A stretch of DNA of 64,000 bases from Patescibacteria group bacterium (GCA_018062825.1 JAGORL010000002.1:1629-65628); one strand, 5' to 3'; shown: positions 25,571-35,800, numbered from the stretch's first letter. Numbers and translations are program-made. The notes: a model not told the origin generated them from the letters alone.

Positions 25571-26849
25571 GCCACTGTGGTTCTTGGCGGACTAAAAGAT
25601 CAGCAGCCCGTAGTGGTTCAGCCATAACATCTTTCACCACCTTTTCCATACGCTGCGACTGCGAACCCTTAACATACACCACATCTCCTTTTTCAAGGTT
25701 GGCATCGAGGTATCGACCGGCATCTTCCGCAGAAGCAAACCATTCCATCTTGTCACGCGCCATGCCAGCGGCCTCGGCTTCCTCCATGGCGTAACGCATC
25801 TCAGGACCAACAAAAAGCGCAACGTCTGCTGTTTCCGCAACCTTACGACCAACCGCACGGTGCTCGGCCTCGCTCATACCACCAAGTTCCGCCATATCAC
25901 CAAGAACAGCCACATGACGATCCCATTCCTCACCAGGCGTAAACATCTTGAGCGTCTCAAGGCCAGCAATCATGCTCGCTGGAGCGGCATTGTAGCTATC
26001 ATCAAGAATGAGCGAGCCTTTAATGCCCGCTAGTGGACGCAACCGACCAGCCACCGCCGTAAAGCCTTCACTGATAGCAGTAGCCGCATCAGCAAGTGGC
26101 ACACGGTAATAAGACGCAACTGCAATGCCAGCAACCGCTGAACGAACAAGCGCTTCACCTACGCAGTTTTTCAACTCAACAACAACTTCATCATCTGGCG
26201 TTTTGACAGTAAAACGAGTAACAGCAAACACTTCACCAATATCAAAGCTCTCTTCTTTTGGAGTAACAAGTTCAAGATCGGTGGCGTAAACATCACCCTC
26301 CCCCACACCAAAGGTCATGACTTGCGCTTCATAGCGACCACGCATCAGCTTTACGAATTGATCATTCGCATTCAAAAGCACCAAACCACCTTTCTCAACC
26401 TTATCGCCAAGTGAAGCCTTCTCTTCAATGAGCGCTTCAAAGTTTGGATAGTTGCCAACATGTACAGAAGAGATCGCTGTAATAACCGCCACATTCGGGC
26501 AGGCAATCGCAGACAGGTAAGCTAAATCTCCAGGGCGATCAGCGCCGTACTCTAAAACAAGATACGCCGGCAAGCCTTTAATCTTCTTAGCTCGCCAAAT
26601 GAGCTTCAACCATTCCCAGGCATTCTTCCCAGGACTCTTCTCCCCCAAGATAGCAAGTGGTACGCCGATTTCATTATTGTAATTCTTATACGGCGTACGA
26701 ACGGTATGCGTGGAGCCAAGAGCAAGCGCGATAGCAGTCCGGGTTGAAGTCTTGCCGACTGAACCGGTAACCGCCACCACCTGCGGCTTATAACGGGCAA
26801 CAAGACCGTGAGCGATCTTGCCAAGCTTACGAGTGACGAGTGCTTTCAT
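25563..26849 (-). CDS. murF: UDP-MurNAc-tripeptide--D-Ala-D-Ala ligase
   Basis: Mur ligase P-loop VTGSVGKTST and a C-terminal KGSQSQRMEKVV. Start trimmed to MKALV to avoid overlapping the PBP gene. Confidence 0.85.
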   Translation of the reverse strand: MKALVTRKLGKIAHGLVARYKPQVVAVTGSVGKTSTRTAIALALGSTHTVRTPYKNYNNEIGVPLAILGEKSPGKNAWEWLKLIWRAKKIKGLPAYLVLEYGADRPGDLAYLSAIACPNVAVITAISSVHVGNYPNFEALIEEKASLGDKVEKGGLVLLNANDQFVKLMRGRYEAQVMTFGVGEGDVYATDLELVTPKEESFDIGEVFAVTRFTVKTPDDEVVVELKNCVGEALVRSAVAGIAVASYYRVPLADAATAISEGFTAVAGRLRPLAGIKGSLILDDSYNAAPASMIAGLETLKMFTPGEEWDRHVAVLGDMAELGGMSEAEHRAVGRKVAETADVALFVGPEMRYAMEEAEAAGMARDKMEWFASAEDAGRYLDANLEKGDVVYVKGSQSQRMEKVVKDVMAEPLRAADLLVRQEPQWLE

Positions 26850-26865
26850 ACAGGTATATTGTACC

Positions 26866-28872
26866 TTATTCAGTTCTATTTGGCGGAACGTTATAGTAGG
26901 ACAATAAGAACTCAGCAATTTCTCCAAAAAGCGGTGCAGCCGTGCTCTCAGCGTAAATAACTCCGTTCTTCGGATTCTCGATCTTCACAACCATGGCAAA
27001 AGCCGGATCTTCAATCGGACCGTAGCCAGCAAAGGAACCGTTAAACTCATTTTTAGAATACACACCATTACGCGCAATCTGCGCCGTACCGGTTTTTCCC
27101 GCAATGTAATACCCAGGAACAGCTGCTTTCTGTCCATGACCGTACTCAACAACCGATACCATCATGCCGCCAATCTTAGCAGCGGTGTCTTTACTCACCA
27201 CCTGACGTAATTCACGCGGACGCGTTTCTTCAATAGTGCCATCAGGATACTTCTTCTGTGCAACAATATATGGCTGCATGAGGACGCCGTCATTAGCAAG
27301 CGCTGCATACGCGGCCGCCATCTGCATGGGTGTAGTGGTAATACCCTGTCCGAATGAAGCAGTTGCCGGATACACCTCCGAACTCTTCCAAAGCGAAGCA
27401 ATGGTGCCAGCCGCCTCGGTATTAAGCTCAATGCCGGTAATCTCACCAAAGCCAAAACGCTCAATTGCGTCACGCATGGTGTCTCGACCCATCTTACGCA
27501 TGATCCAAATCATTCCCGTGTTAATTGAATCCTCAAGAACTTGAATCATCGAGACCGTGCCGTACACCTTTTCGTCAGCATTGCGAATAGTAAAGTCATC
27601 AATCTCAACCGAACCTGGATCAGTAAAAGTTGTCTCTGGTGTAATCACCCCAACGTCAAGCGCCGCCGCGAGAACAAGCGGCTTGAAAATAGATCCCGGC
27701 TCATACGGAGTAAAGATCACGTCGTTGTTATAAACACGCGCATCATCAACGTTGCCATAATCTGAAGAAGCGAAGTCTGGCCAATTGCACATTGCAATCA
27801 CCGCCCCTGTTTCAGGCGCCAAAATAACAAGCGCCCCACTGTCAGCCTCAAACTCCTCAACCTTATTGCGAAGCATGCCGCAAGCCACCACCTGCACTGT
27901 GCGATCAATGGTCAAAAGTAAATCTCCGCCATCAATAGCAGGCGTGAAGTCAGAATCCCCTACACCAATAAAACGACCGGAAACATCCTTACGAAAAGCG
28001 AGCGAACCCGGAACGCCGGCTAAGAAATCTTCAAAATATCCTTCAAGGCCATAATAGCCTCGTGGGTTATCTTCTGCATCCTTACCTAAGAAACCAATAA
28101 CCTGACCACCAAAGCCAATCTCAGGGTACGACCTCGCGTCTTCAAAAATATACGCAAGCGCTGGCTCGTTCAAAGCCTCAATGAGTTCAATCTTCTCTTG
28201 AGAAACGTTACGAGCAACCGGTTCGTACGGGTCGTCCGTCTTTGCTAAACGCGTAATAAGACGAGCGATCTCATTTGTATTCCAAAGCGCCTCAAGATCA
28301 AGTGACGGCATCTCGGGAAGCGCTGGCGTCTCGGGCGCAATCTCCTCACCAGTAACCGGATCAATCTCAGGCGGTGGTGGTGGATTCTTAGCTAACTCTT
28401 CCGCCTGCTCAATTAAGAAAAGATCACGAGCCTCCTCAGTTAACAAATCTTCAATCGCTTGTGCAGCCTCATACTGACCTGACTCGCGCAATTTGCGAAG
28501 CGTATCCAGACGCTCATACTCCTCCAAACCCTCTAAACCAATAATTCGAGCAAGCGTTAAACCAAGCACGACCGGATCGGTTACCTTGCGCGGATCAGCG
28601 TACACAAAAGCACGCGGAGCAACAGTTGCTACCGGGTACCACGTGTCATCGCCGCGATCGGTGACGTACACACTTCCCCGACGCGGCACAAGCGTTTCAT
28701 ACAACTCGTGCTGCGTTTCAGCGAGTGCATTATACGTTTTTGCTTCAAAGATCTGGAGCGAGATCAAACGAGCAATGATCACACACGCAGAAATTAAAAG
28801 TATGACCCGCAAAAATCGTAAGCGAGTCATACCTCCCCAATCCTGCGTCCTCCGCTCGGCCGAAACGGCCAT
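26866..28872 (-). CDS. penicillin-binding protein (PBP2/FtsI-type transpeptidase)
   Basis: N-terminal TM, SIFKP (SxxK), SIN, KTGTAQ. Confidence 0.85.
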   Translation of the reverse strand: MAVSAERRTQDWGGMTRLRFLRVILLISACVIIARLISLQIFEAKTYNALAETQHELYETLVPRRGSVYVTDRGDDTWYPVATVAPRAFVYADPRKVTDPVVLGLTLARIIGLEGLEEYERLDTLRKLRESGQYEAAQAIEDLLTEEARDLFLIEQAEELAKNPPPPPEIDPVTGEEIAPETPALPEMPSLDLEALWNTNEIARLITRLAKTDDPYEPVARNVSQEKIELIEALNEPALAYIFEDARSYPEIGFGGQVIGFLGKDAEDNPRGYYGLEGYFEDFLAGVPGSLAFRKDVSGRFIGVGDSDFTPAIDGGDLLLTIDRTVQVVACGMLRNKVEEFEADSGALVILAPETGAVIAMCNWPDFASSDYGNVDDARVYNNDVIFTPYEPGSIFKPLVLAAALDVGVITPETTFTDPGSVEIDDFTIRNADEKVYGTVSMIQVLEDSINTGMIWIMRKMGRDTMRDAIERFGFGEITGIELNTEAAGTIASLWKSSEVYPATASFGQGITTTPMQMAAAYAALANDGVLMQPYIVAQKKYPDGTIEETRPRELRQVVSKDTAAKIGGMMVSVVEYGHGQKAAVPGYYIAGKTGTAQIARNGVYSKNEFNGSFAGYGPIEDPAFAMVVKIENPKNGVIYAESTAAPLFGEIAEFLLSYYNVPPNRTE

Positions 28873-28883
28873 AGGTCAAAACG

Positions 28884-29312
28884 TTAGGCGCCTTGAAGCT
28901 CCTCTTCCGTAATCTGTGCGCCGTAGGCAAAGCTCAAGTCACCGGTTGACTCATCCTCCATGATACGGATAATTTTACCCGTTGGACCCTCATAGTCCTT
29001 AAACGACAAAATCGTTCCGCCATCCTCTTCTAGGATAGTCGCTTTCGCTTCATATGAGAATTCATGGTCCTCGCCGCTATACACAACAGTATCATCTTCT
29101 GGCTCAAGCTCTTCTTCAAGATCCTCAAACAACCAGACCTCTTCTCCTTCAGGGTCAATAGAAAGCCACATGCCTTCAATACCACGAATCCAAAAGACAC
29201 TTTCACCGGTATCAAGGGTAACTTCATCAACGCCACGAGGGCTAAAAGTCATGTCACGAACAACGATAGGCTCGTCGTTTTTAAGGAGTTCTAATGCTTC
29301 TGGGATGTTCAT
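28884..29312 (-). CDS. hypothetical acidic protein
   Basis: 142-aa ORF; no motif. Confidence 0.45.
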   Translation of the reverse strand: MNIPEALELLKNDEPIVVRDMTFSPRGVDEVTLDTGESVFWIRGIEGMWLSIDPEGEEVWLFEDLEEELEPEDDTVVYSGEDHEFSYEAKATILEEDGGTILSFKDYEGPTGKIIRIMEDESTGDLSFAYGAQITEEELQGA

Positions 29313-29449
29313 AAGTATTTCAAGTACGACAACAAGTATACAAACCTAATGTTTTACGCAAGCCCGGCTTGTCCACAGCGGAACAAAAGGCGCAGATTAA
29401 AGAGTTTGGAGTATAAAGGAAAGTGAAGATAATGAATAGGTGGCCAAGC

Positions 29450-29482
29450 GTTAATAAATGGCCAAAATGAAAAGGGGCTGCG
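29450..29482 (-). terminator. terminator of nrdA (imperfect GGGTGCTGTGG ... CCGCAGCCCC stem + UUUUCAUUUU)
   Basis: Preceded on the minus strand by an A-rich TTAAAG repeat tract (29483-29530). Confidence 0.55.
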
Positions 29483-29544
29483 GAATATGCCACAGCACCC
29501 TCTTTCTTTAACACTTTTAACTTTAATACTTTAACCCAACAATC

Positions 29545-31452
29545 CTACTGACAAACCGCACACTCTTCCGTGGAGACATCTCGCTTCTGAGATTCCATAG
29601 AGATGCTGTCAGCTTGGATTGGCGCTGAAGAGCGGAAGTAGTAAAGAGACTTCAGACCAAGCTTCCAAGCAAGCAAGTGAACCTCATGCATGTACTTTCC
29701 AGAAACCGGCGTCTGGAAGAAGAGGTTAAGCGACTGCGCTTGATCAATATACGGCTGACGATCAGCAGCTTGCTGAACAAGTTCGCGCATGTTCATCTCG
29801 TAACCGGTACGGAAGATCGCCTTTTCCTCTACAGTAAGGAATTCCAAATTCATAACACTGCCCTTATCAGCGATCACCTTTTTCCAAACATCGGAAGTAT
29901 TCTGTCCCTTTGTTTCCAAGAATGCTTCCAGGTGACGATTCTTTACAAGGAAGCTACCAGAAAGTGTCTTTTGCAAGTACGCATTTCCAGCAATTGGCTC
30001 AATAGCTGGCGTTGCCTCACCACACAAGAACGCTGTTGAAGCCGTTGGCTGAATAGAAGTGACGTAGCTATTACGCTGCGTACCGCCATCAAGCGGCAAA
30101 CCACGCTCTTCACCAAGCTTCACACTTGCCTTGCGCGCTGCCTCACCAAACTTAGTAAAGATTGCCTTGTTAATGTTGCGTGCTTGCAAACTCTCAAATG
30201 GCACACCCTTACTCATGAGGTAACCGTGATAACCCATGGTACCAAAACCGATGGAGCGTTCGCTCTTCACCGAGAAGATCGCTTTTTTGTACTCCTTCGG
30301 ATCAGCCATGTCGAGGAAGGTCTCGAGGTTGTTATCAAGACCCTTTACCGCTGCATAACAAATGTCATCGATCTGATCAGAAAACTCATCCCAACGCTCA
30401 AGGTTGATAGAAGCCAAGCAGCACACTGCCGTACGATCGTTATCGGTTGGCAAAACAATCTCCGTACACAAATTAGACTGACGAACCTGCAAACCTTTCT
30501 CTTTGTGATGCGGAGGAATGAACTTATTTACTGTATCAATGAACAAAAGATACGGCTCACCACTTTCAGCGCGCATGGAAAGAATCTTGCGCCACATGGT
30601 AACGGCATCAAGCTCCTTGGTGACCTTCTTGAAGTGTGGATCGATCAATTGGTACGTAGTGCCCTTCTCAACCGCTTCCATGAAGGCATCCGTAATAGTG
30701 ATACCAATGTTGATATTCAAAGTCTTACGATCTTGATCGCCACCGGTTGGCTTACGAACTTCCAAGAAGTCCTCAATATCTGGGTGATCAATACGCAAGT
30801 AGGCCGCTGCCGCACCACGACGAACACCATTACGAGCAATCGCGATCGTTTCCGAATCCATGATCTTCAAAAACGGAATAACGCCGGAAGACTTCAAGCC
30901 GGAAGAGATAAGCGGCGCATCCATACCGCGCAACTGCGACCAATCAGTACCGATACCACCACCGTACTTAGCAAGAAAAGCATTCTCACGGAAAACATCA
31001 AAGATACCACCAAGATCGTCTGGAACGGTGTTCAGGAAGCATGAAATCGGCAAACCCTTCTTGGTACCAATGTTCATGAGTGTTGGCGATGACGGCAAGA
31101 ACCAGTTCTTACTCATGATGTCATACAGGTACTGGGCATGCTGCTTGTCACCACGCGCCATACCGATCGCAATGCGCGCAAAAAACATCTGCGGATCCTC
31201 AATCACCTGACCAGCAACGTTACGCAAGGCATAACGATCACGGAAGTTCTCAAGGCCAAAGTAGGTAAAGTTGGTATTACGCTCTGGGGCAAGAACCAAA
31301 GACTGCTGAGCCTCTTTGTATTCCTGCATGTAATACTCAGAATCCCAACTGCCTTTGCCAGCTGTGCTCGCTAAAATTTCACCAAGTAAGATATTGCGCG
31401 CCGCCAAGAGATCGTTAGCACTCAAAGCGTCGATAACTGATGCGTAATCCAT
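29545..31452 (-). CDS. nrdA: ribonucleoside-diphosphate reductase alpha subunit (class I)
   Basis: Large-subunit core with a C-terminal CAVCQ redox pair. Confidence 0.9.
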   Translation of the reverse strand: MDYASVIDALSANDLLAARNILLGEILASTAGKGSWDSEYYMQEYKEAQQSLVLAPERNTNFTYFGLENFRDRYALRNVAGQVIEDPQMFFARIAIGMARGDKQHAQYLYDIMSKNWFLPSSPTLMNIGTKKGLPISCFLNTVPDDLGGIFDVFRENAFLAKYGGGIGTDWSQLRGMDAPLISSGLKSSGVIPFLKIMDSETIAIARNGVRRGAAAAYLRIDHPDIEDFLEVRKPTGGDQDRKTLNINIGITITDAFMEAVEKGTTYQLIDPHFKKVTKELDAVTMWRKILSMRAESGEPYLLFIDTVNKFIPPHHKEKGLQVRQSNLCTEIVLPTDNDRTAVCCLASINLERWDEFSDQIDDICYAAVKGLDNNLETFLDMADPKEYKKAIFSVKSERSIGFGTMGYHGYLMSKGVPFESLQARNINKAIFTKFGEAARKASVKLGEERGLPLDGGTQRNSYVTSIQPTASTAFLCGEATPAIEPIAGNAYLQKTLSGSFLVKNRHLEAFLETKGQNTSDVWKKVIADKGSVMNLEFLTVEEKAIFRTGYEMNMRELVQQAADRQPYIDQAQSLNLFFQTPVSGKYMHEVHLLAWKLGLKSLYYFRSSAPIQADSISMESQKRDVSTEECAVCQ

Positions 31453-31503
31453 AGCAGATGTACTCCTCTTTAATCTTTTAACTTTAATCTTTGCTCTGAA
31501 ACC
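31453..31503 (-). repeat. A-rich GATTAAAG repeat spacer between nrdB and nrdA, ending in RBS AGGAG
   Basis: Minus strand reads AAGATTAAAGTTAAAAGATTAAAGAGGAGTACATCTGCT-ATG. Confidence 0.5.
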
Positions 31504-32499
31504 TTAGGTCCAATCCTCAAGCACCGAACCCTTTGAATACTCCGTGGCACGCGCTTCAAAGAAGTTTGCATGCTCCTTAGCGTTCACCATGACATCAAGC
31601 CATTCAAGTGGATTGGTAACGTTGTACATGGCATCAAGCCCCAGGTCATGCAACCGGCGATCAGCAATGTAACGGATGTACTGCTTCACTTGCTCAGGCT
31701 GCAAACCAGGAACCGCACCCTTTGAGAAACAGGTATCAATGAAGGCATCCTCAAGTTTCACCATGTCGTTACAAGCCGCGTACAGCGTATTTTGAAACTC
31801 CTTGGTCCAGAGGTAACGATTCTCAGCGATCAAGTCACGGAAGAGGTGACAAACGCCCTTGCTGTGCAGCGATTCATCACGGATGCTCCATGTCACAATC
31901 TGACCTACACCCTTCATCTTTCCCATGCGTGGGAAGTTCATCAAAATGGCGAACGAGGAGAAAAGTGACACGCCCTCCATGAAACCTCCAAAGACTGCAA
32001 GGTTCATGGCCAGCTCTTCAACGTTATGTACGTTGAACTGCTGAACGTAATCGTACTTTGCCCTCATGGATTCATACTCCAGGAAAGCTGAGTATTCCTT
32101 CTCCGGAAGCCCGAGCGAATCATTCAAATAGGAATAGGCCCAAACGTGTATCGATTCCATGGCCGCAAAGGCCGACAGCATCATTTTAATTTCAGGTTTT
32201 GGAAAGGCCGGGATGAGGTGCTGGTTGTAATTATTATTCACCTCAATGTCTCCTTGGGTAAAAAAGCGGAGAATGTTGATGATGAGGTTTGATTCCTCAG
32301 GCGTGAGACGGAATCGATAGTCCGCAATATCACTTTCCATTGGCACCTCAGTTGGCAACCAATGCGCCTGATTTTGCTTCTGAAAATATTCGTAAAAATG
32401 TGGGTACTCAAACGGTCTGTAAAACGATCGGGATTGAAAGAGTGTTGATGGCTTGCCGGCAGCAGTCGAGACCATCTGTTGAATCGATGTTTGGTACAT
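31504..32499 (-). CDS. nrdB: ribonucleoside-diphosphate reductase beta subunit
   Basis: Ferritin-like di-iron protein (MESIHVWAYS ... EGVSLFSSF). Confidence 0.9.
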   Translation of the reverse strand: MYQTSIQQMVSTAAGKPSTLFQSRSFYRPFEYPHFYEYFQKQNQAHWLPTEVPMESDIADYRFRLTPEESNLIINILRFFTQGDIEVNNNYNQHLIPAFPKPEIKMMLSAFAAMESIHVWAYSYLNDSLGLPEKEYSAFLEYESMRAKYDYVQQFNVHNVEELAMNLAVFGGFMEGVSLFSSFAILMNFPRMGKMKGVGQIVTWSIRDESLHSKGVCHLFRDLIAENRYLWTKEFQNTLYAACNDMVKLEDAFIDTCFSKGAVPGLQPEQVKQYIRYIADRRLHDLGLDAMYNVTNPLEWLDVMVNAKEHANFFEARATEYSKGSVLEDWT

Positions 32500-32530
32500 A
32501 GAAAATCAAGAGTAATCAGTCACTCGTCTT

Positions 32531-32569
32531 AAAAATGACACAAAAAGAATCCCGAAGGTGGGATTCTTT
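32531..32569 (-). promoter_or_regulatory. terminator-like hairpin in nrdB 5' leader (AAAGAATCCC-ACCTTC-GGGATTCTTT + UUUUGUGUCAUUUUU), possible attenuator
   Basis: It sits between the candidate promoter/NrdR boxes and the nrdB start. Confidence 0.4.
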
Positions 32570-32593
32570 CCCTGCCCCCTCCATCGACGATAG

Positions 32594-32641
32594 ACACAAC
32601 ATCTTGTGTCTCGCCAGGGCATGATACCACTAGGGATAGTG
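32594..32641 (-). promoter_or_regulatory. two candidate NrdR boxes (ACACAACATCTTGTGT perfect palindrome, and CACTAGGGATAGTG) about 33 bp apart, overlapping a TATCAT -10
   Basis: Palindrome architecture and spacing resemble NrdR operators upstream of nrd operons. Confidence 0.5.
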
Positions 32642-32729
32642 TTTCCTAGTTCAGAATGTGGATAAGGAAAATACGTCGCACAAGTTCGCCAAGGATTGGC
32701 TGTCGCGTCGCAAAATGGAATTGGAGCGA

Positions 32730-33308
32730 TTAAAAACCGAGCGTGAAATTGACCGCGGTTGCCGCTTGTTGAGGGGCAACATTGATCTCAACGGCGTGGC
32801 GTTCACCGCGCTTGTCATCGTACAAAATAAACCCGTTTTTCAAGGCAAATTCGTACACCTCTTTCGTGACCTTTACGTCTTGCAAACAATACTCACGAAT
32901 CGCTTCAATATTACCCTCTTTCCACCAAGCTACCGCCTGCAAGCCGTGAGCACTCTTTTCAGTGCCGATCGTCGCCTTGGCAACGTCATCAAGCTTAATG
33001 CGATACCCCAGTGATTTGTTAATAAGCGCCAAAAGATCGAGCTGCGGCAACTGCAAAAGGTCTCCAGCGTAATAATTATTCAAAACCGGCATATCAAAGC
33101 CGATAGTGTTGTAACCGATAATACGTCCGCTCTTTTCCAAACGAGCAAACAACTTTGGCAGATCAGCCTCTAAAAATGACTCGTAGGTATCGGTTTCATA
33201 AAAGTAACAACCAACCAAAGAAACTTTCAATTTATCCGTAAAAAAGCCACCAACCTCATCAAAGGTATTCTGGGTTTCAATGTCTAAAACAACGTCGGTA
33301 TTGGTCAT
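32730..33308 (-). CDS. DEDDh-family 3'-5' exonuclease (DnaQ/RNase T-like)
   Basis: VLDIETQ (Exo I), H-x4-D near the C-terminus (YCLQDV). Start set at the internal Met. Confidence 0.65.
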   Translation of the reverse strand: MTNTDVVLDIETQNTFDEVGGFFTDKLKVSLVGCYFYETDTYESFLEADLPKLFARLEKSGRIIGYNTIGFDMPVLNNYYAGDLLQLPQLDLLALINKSLGYRIKLDDVAKATIGTEKSAHGLQAVAWWKEGNIEAIREYCLQDVKVTKEVYEFALKNGFILYDDKRGERHAVEINVAPQQAATAVNFTLGF

Positions 33309-33387
33309 AGCGCATGCAGTGTAACGAAACGAAACCGAATAAGAAAGTACGCATGTGGCCAACATCTCTCACCAAAAACTAGGAGAA

Positions 33388-34809
33388 CTATTCGCGAACA
33401 ATGCTCAAAATCTCTGAATACGTCGGGTAAGCCCGAGTTACATCCTGAAGTTCACTCATCGTAATACCAAAGCGCATGGCAAGCGCTACTTCATGCATCA
33501 CCTCCCCTGCTCGCTCACCAAGCATGTGGCCACCAAGAATAAGGTCACTCTTGGCGTCCACAATGATCTTACACATGCCCGTAGTGGCGCCATCAGTCAG
33601 CGCCCTACCAAGCGAGGCAACACTCGCCTTAAATACCTTAATCTTTTTCTTTTTCAAAACTGCTTGCTCGGCCGTAATACCAACTGAAGCAAATTCAGGA
33701 TCACAAAATGTAACGCCTGGCGTAATCGAATGATCAATCTTTCGTAGGCGACGTGGCTTAGAAACATTCGCCGCATTCCAGCCTGCAATCCAACCGCCCC
33801 GGTGAGCAACATGCGTAAACTGCAAACCACCAGCTGCGTCTCCTGCAAAGAAAACATGCTTAGCCTTAGAACGCTGAAAATCATCAAGCGCTTGGCCGGT
33901 ATAAATATCCTCCAAAGAAAGACCTAGTCGATCAAGACCAAGGCCGTTCACACTTGGTCGCCGGCCGGCAGCCACAAGCACATGATCGGTAGCAAGCATC
34001 TGGCGTGGCTTACGGCCAACCTGATACGTAAGATTGATAGTTCTGCCATCAGCCACCGCTGACAACACCGTTGATTTTGTAATAATGCGAACACCACGCT
34101 TACGAAGCTCCTCGCTTGCTAAAAGTGCGAGCTCTTCATCAGCACGAGACAAAATACGGTCACTACGTTGCAAAATAGTCACCGGCACCCCTAAACCAGA
34201 AAAATAGGTGGCGTATTCAACGCCCACCGGACCCGCGCCAATAATAACAAGGGAGCGCGGCAACGTTTGTAAGCGAGCAATATCGCGATGCGTCCAATAC
34301 GGCACCGTTTCGAGCCCAGCAATCGGTGGCAAAACCTCTTCAGAACCGGTCGCAATCACAAAGGCCTGAGCTTGTAGCTTAGTACCATGTGCTACCGCTT
34401 CATACTCTTCCAAAAAATGACCCCTACCAGAAACAACACGCACCCCAAGTGACTTCACAAGCGCCGGTAAACGCTTACCACTACCAGTTAACAAATGTAC
34501 AACCGCATCACGACGCGCAGCAATCGCCCCAAAGTCCGCAGTAATGCCGCGCGAACGAATACCAAAGCGCCCAGCATGTAATTGCAAATCACGAAACACT
34601 TTCACCGACTTCAAACCAGCCTTTGACGGCACGCAACTCCACCATGGGCACTCACCTCCCAAACGATCCTCTTCAATGATGGCGATCTTCTGCGCCCCTG
34701 CTGCTGCCGCGCCTTCAGCGGCCGCAATACCAGCGCTACCACCACCAAAAATAACGACGTCATACGCCGTAGCATCCAAACGAGTACGTGGGGTGCGTGC
34801 TGATGCCAT
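33388..34809 (-). CDS. FAD-dependent pyridine nucleotide-disulfide oxidoreductase (class I; Lpd/MerA-like)
   Basis: GGGSAG FAD site, redox pair GGECPWWSCVPSK, C-terminal dimerisation motif AYPTYSE. Confidence 0.8.
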   Translation of the reverse strand: MASARTPRTRLDATAYDVVIFGGGSAGIAAAEGAAAAGAQKIAIIEEDRLGGECPWWSCVPSKAGLKSVKVFRDLQLHAGRFGIRSRGITADFGAIAARRDAVVHLLTGSGKRLPALVKSLGVRVVSGRGHFLEEYEAVAHGTKLQAQAFVIATGSEEVLPPIAGLETVPYWTHRDIARLQTLPRSLVIIGAGPVGVEYATYFSGLGVPVTILQRSDRILSRADEELALLASEELRKRGVRIITKSTVLSAVADGRTINLTYQVGRKPRQMLATDHVLVAAGRRPSVNGLGLDRLGLSLEDIYTGQALDDFQRSKAKHVFFAGDAAGGLQFTHVAHRGGWIAGWNAANVSKPRRLRKIDHSITPGVTFCDPEFASVGITAEQAVLKKKKIKVFKASVASLGRALTDGATTGMCKIIVDAKSDLILGGHMLGERAGEVMHEVALAMRFGITMSELQDVTRAYPTYSEILSIVRE

Positions 34810-34816
34810 ACCTCCT

Positions 34817-35800
34817 CTACGGCTTCATAATCTCACGGGCCGCTTCAAGTAAGCGGTCGTCTCCTGACTCGTGCAAATAATACCACCATTCAACACCCCA
34901 GAAGAGAATTTCCGACGCGCCCGTCTGGCGAGCAAAAGTCACATGCTCACGCAAGCGAGTCTCAGTAAAATGAAGGTAGCCCGTAACAGGGTCCGGTGGC
35001 CACTCACCAACAGGAATCCACGGCTCAGCCTGAAGCTCGGAAATGCTCACTTGAGCAAACGCCGCAATCGCTAAACGCTGCGTACGATACCAAAGAGGCG
35101 TATGGAAAAATGGGATCGGCCCCAAGAGCGCATCCCAGGTATAACGGTATAAACTCACGCCAACCACATCCGCCGGGCCAGCAACCGAGGACCAAAGCTG
35201 CTGTTCACCACTAGCGGTAAGCTGAATCGGTAAATCAGTGAGCTGACGAACAACCGCAATCTCACGCAGCAAAAGTGACGGACTCGGTTCCGGGCAATCA
35301 CCAAACGGGAAAAGCGCTTCATTCTCTACCTGAAAACGTACAATCGCCGGATGATCGCCGTAACGAGAAGTCAGTTGCGTAATATAAGAAATAAGCTGCT
35401 CTTCTCGCTCAAAATCAGACAAGCTGTCAGTCCAGGCTGGCAAGAAACATTCTGGGTACCGCGGCACTTTCTGACCAATCGCTAAAATAATGTCGACATC
35501 GTAATTATATGCAGTGGCCAAAAGGGTATCGATCGAATTAAAAACAAATTGATCATCACTAACTTCAACCTCGTCCCAATACACCGGCAAGCGAACAATT
35601 GAGGGCTGCAGATCAGCTAAAGCCCGCTCAAACGTGCCGTAATCATCTAAGCCAAATGAGCGAGCATGACGCGCCGAATACGTAAAACCATATGACGGTG
35701 CCGGCATGCGTAGCTGCGCTAAAGCAAAAATCGTTACTCCGCAAAGAAGTAGCGCCATTGCGACCAAAAGTGTGATTGTGCGTCCTCCTCGCACAGACAA
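34817..35800 (-). CDS. membrane-anchored TIM-barrel glycoside hydrolase (GH5/GH113-like)
   Basis: N-terminal TM; VENEALFPFGDC contains the NEP catalytic-acid signature. Confidence 0.55.
   Translation of the reverse strand: MSVRGGRTITLLVAMALLLCGVTIFALAQLRMPAPSYGFTYSARHARSFGLDDYGTFERALADLQPSIVRLPVYWDEVEVSDDQFVFNSIDTLLATAYNYDVDIILAIGQKVPRYPECFLPAWTDSLSDFEREEQLISYITQLTSRYGDHPAIVRFQVENEALFPFGDCPEPSPSLLLREIAVVRQLTDLPIQLTASGEQQLWSSVAGPADVVGVSLYRYTWDALLGPIPFFHTPLWYRTQRLAIAAFAQVSISELQAEPWIPVGEWPPDPVTGYLHFTETRLREHVTFARQTGASEILFWGVEWWYYLHESGDDRLLEAAREIMKP

Noticed and set aside
29320-29514. 64-aa ORF between the 142-aa gene and nrdA
   Set aside because: It spans the nrdA terminator hairpin and the A-rich repeat. 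Its codon composition is driven by the repeat, so it is very likely non-coding.
32531-32569. Hairpin as simple terminator of the upstream exonuclease gene
   Set aside because: Not fully rejected. The candidate promoter and NrdR boxes lie upstream of the hairpin on the minus strand, which places it inside the nrdB leader rather than before the promoter. It is therefore reported as a possible attenuator, with this alternative noted.
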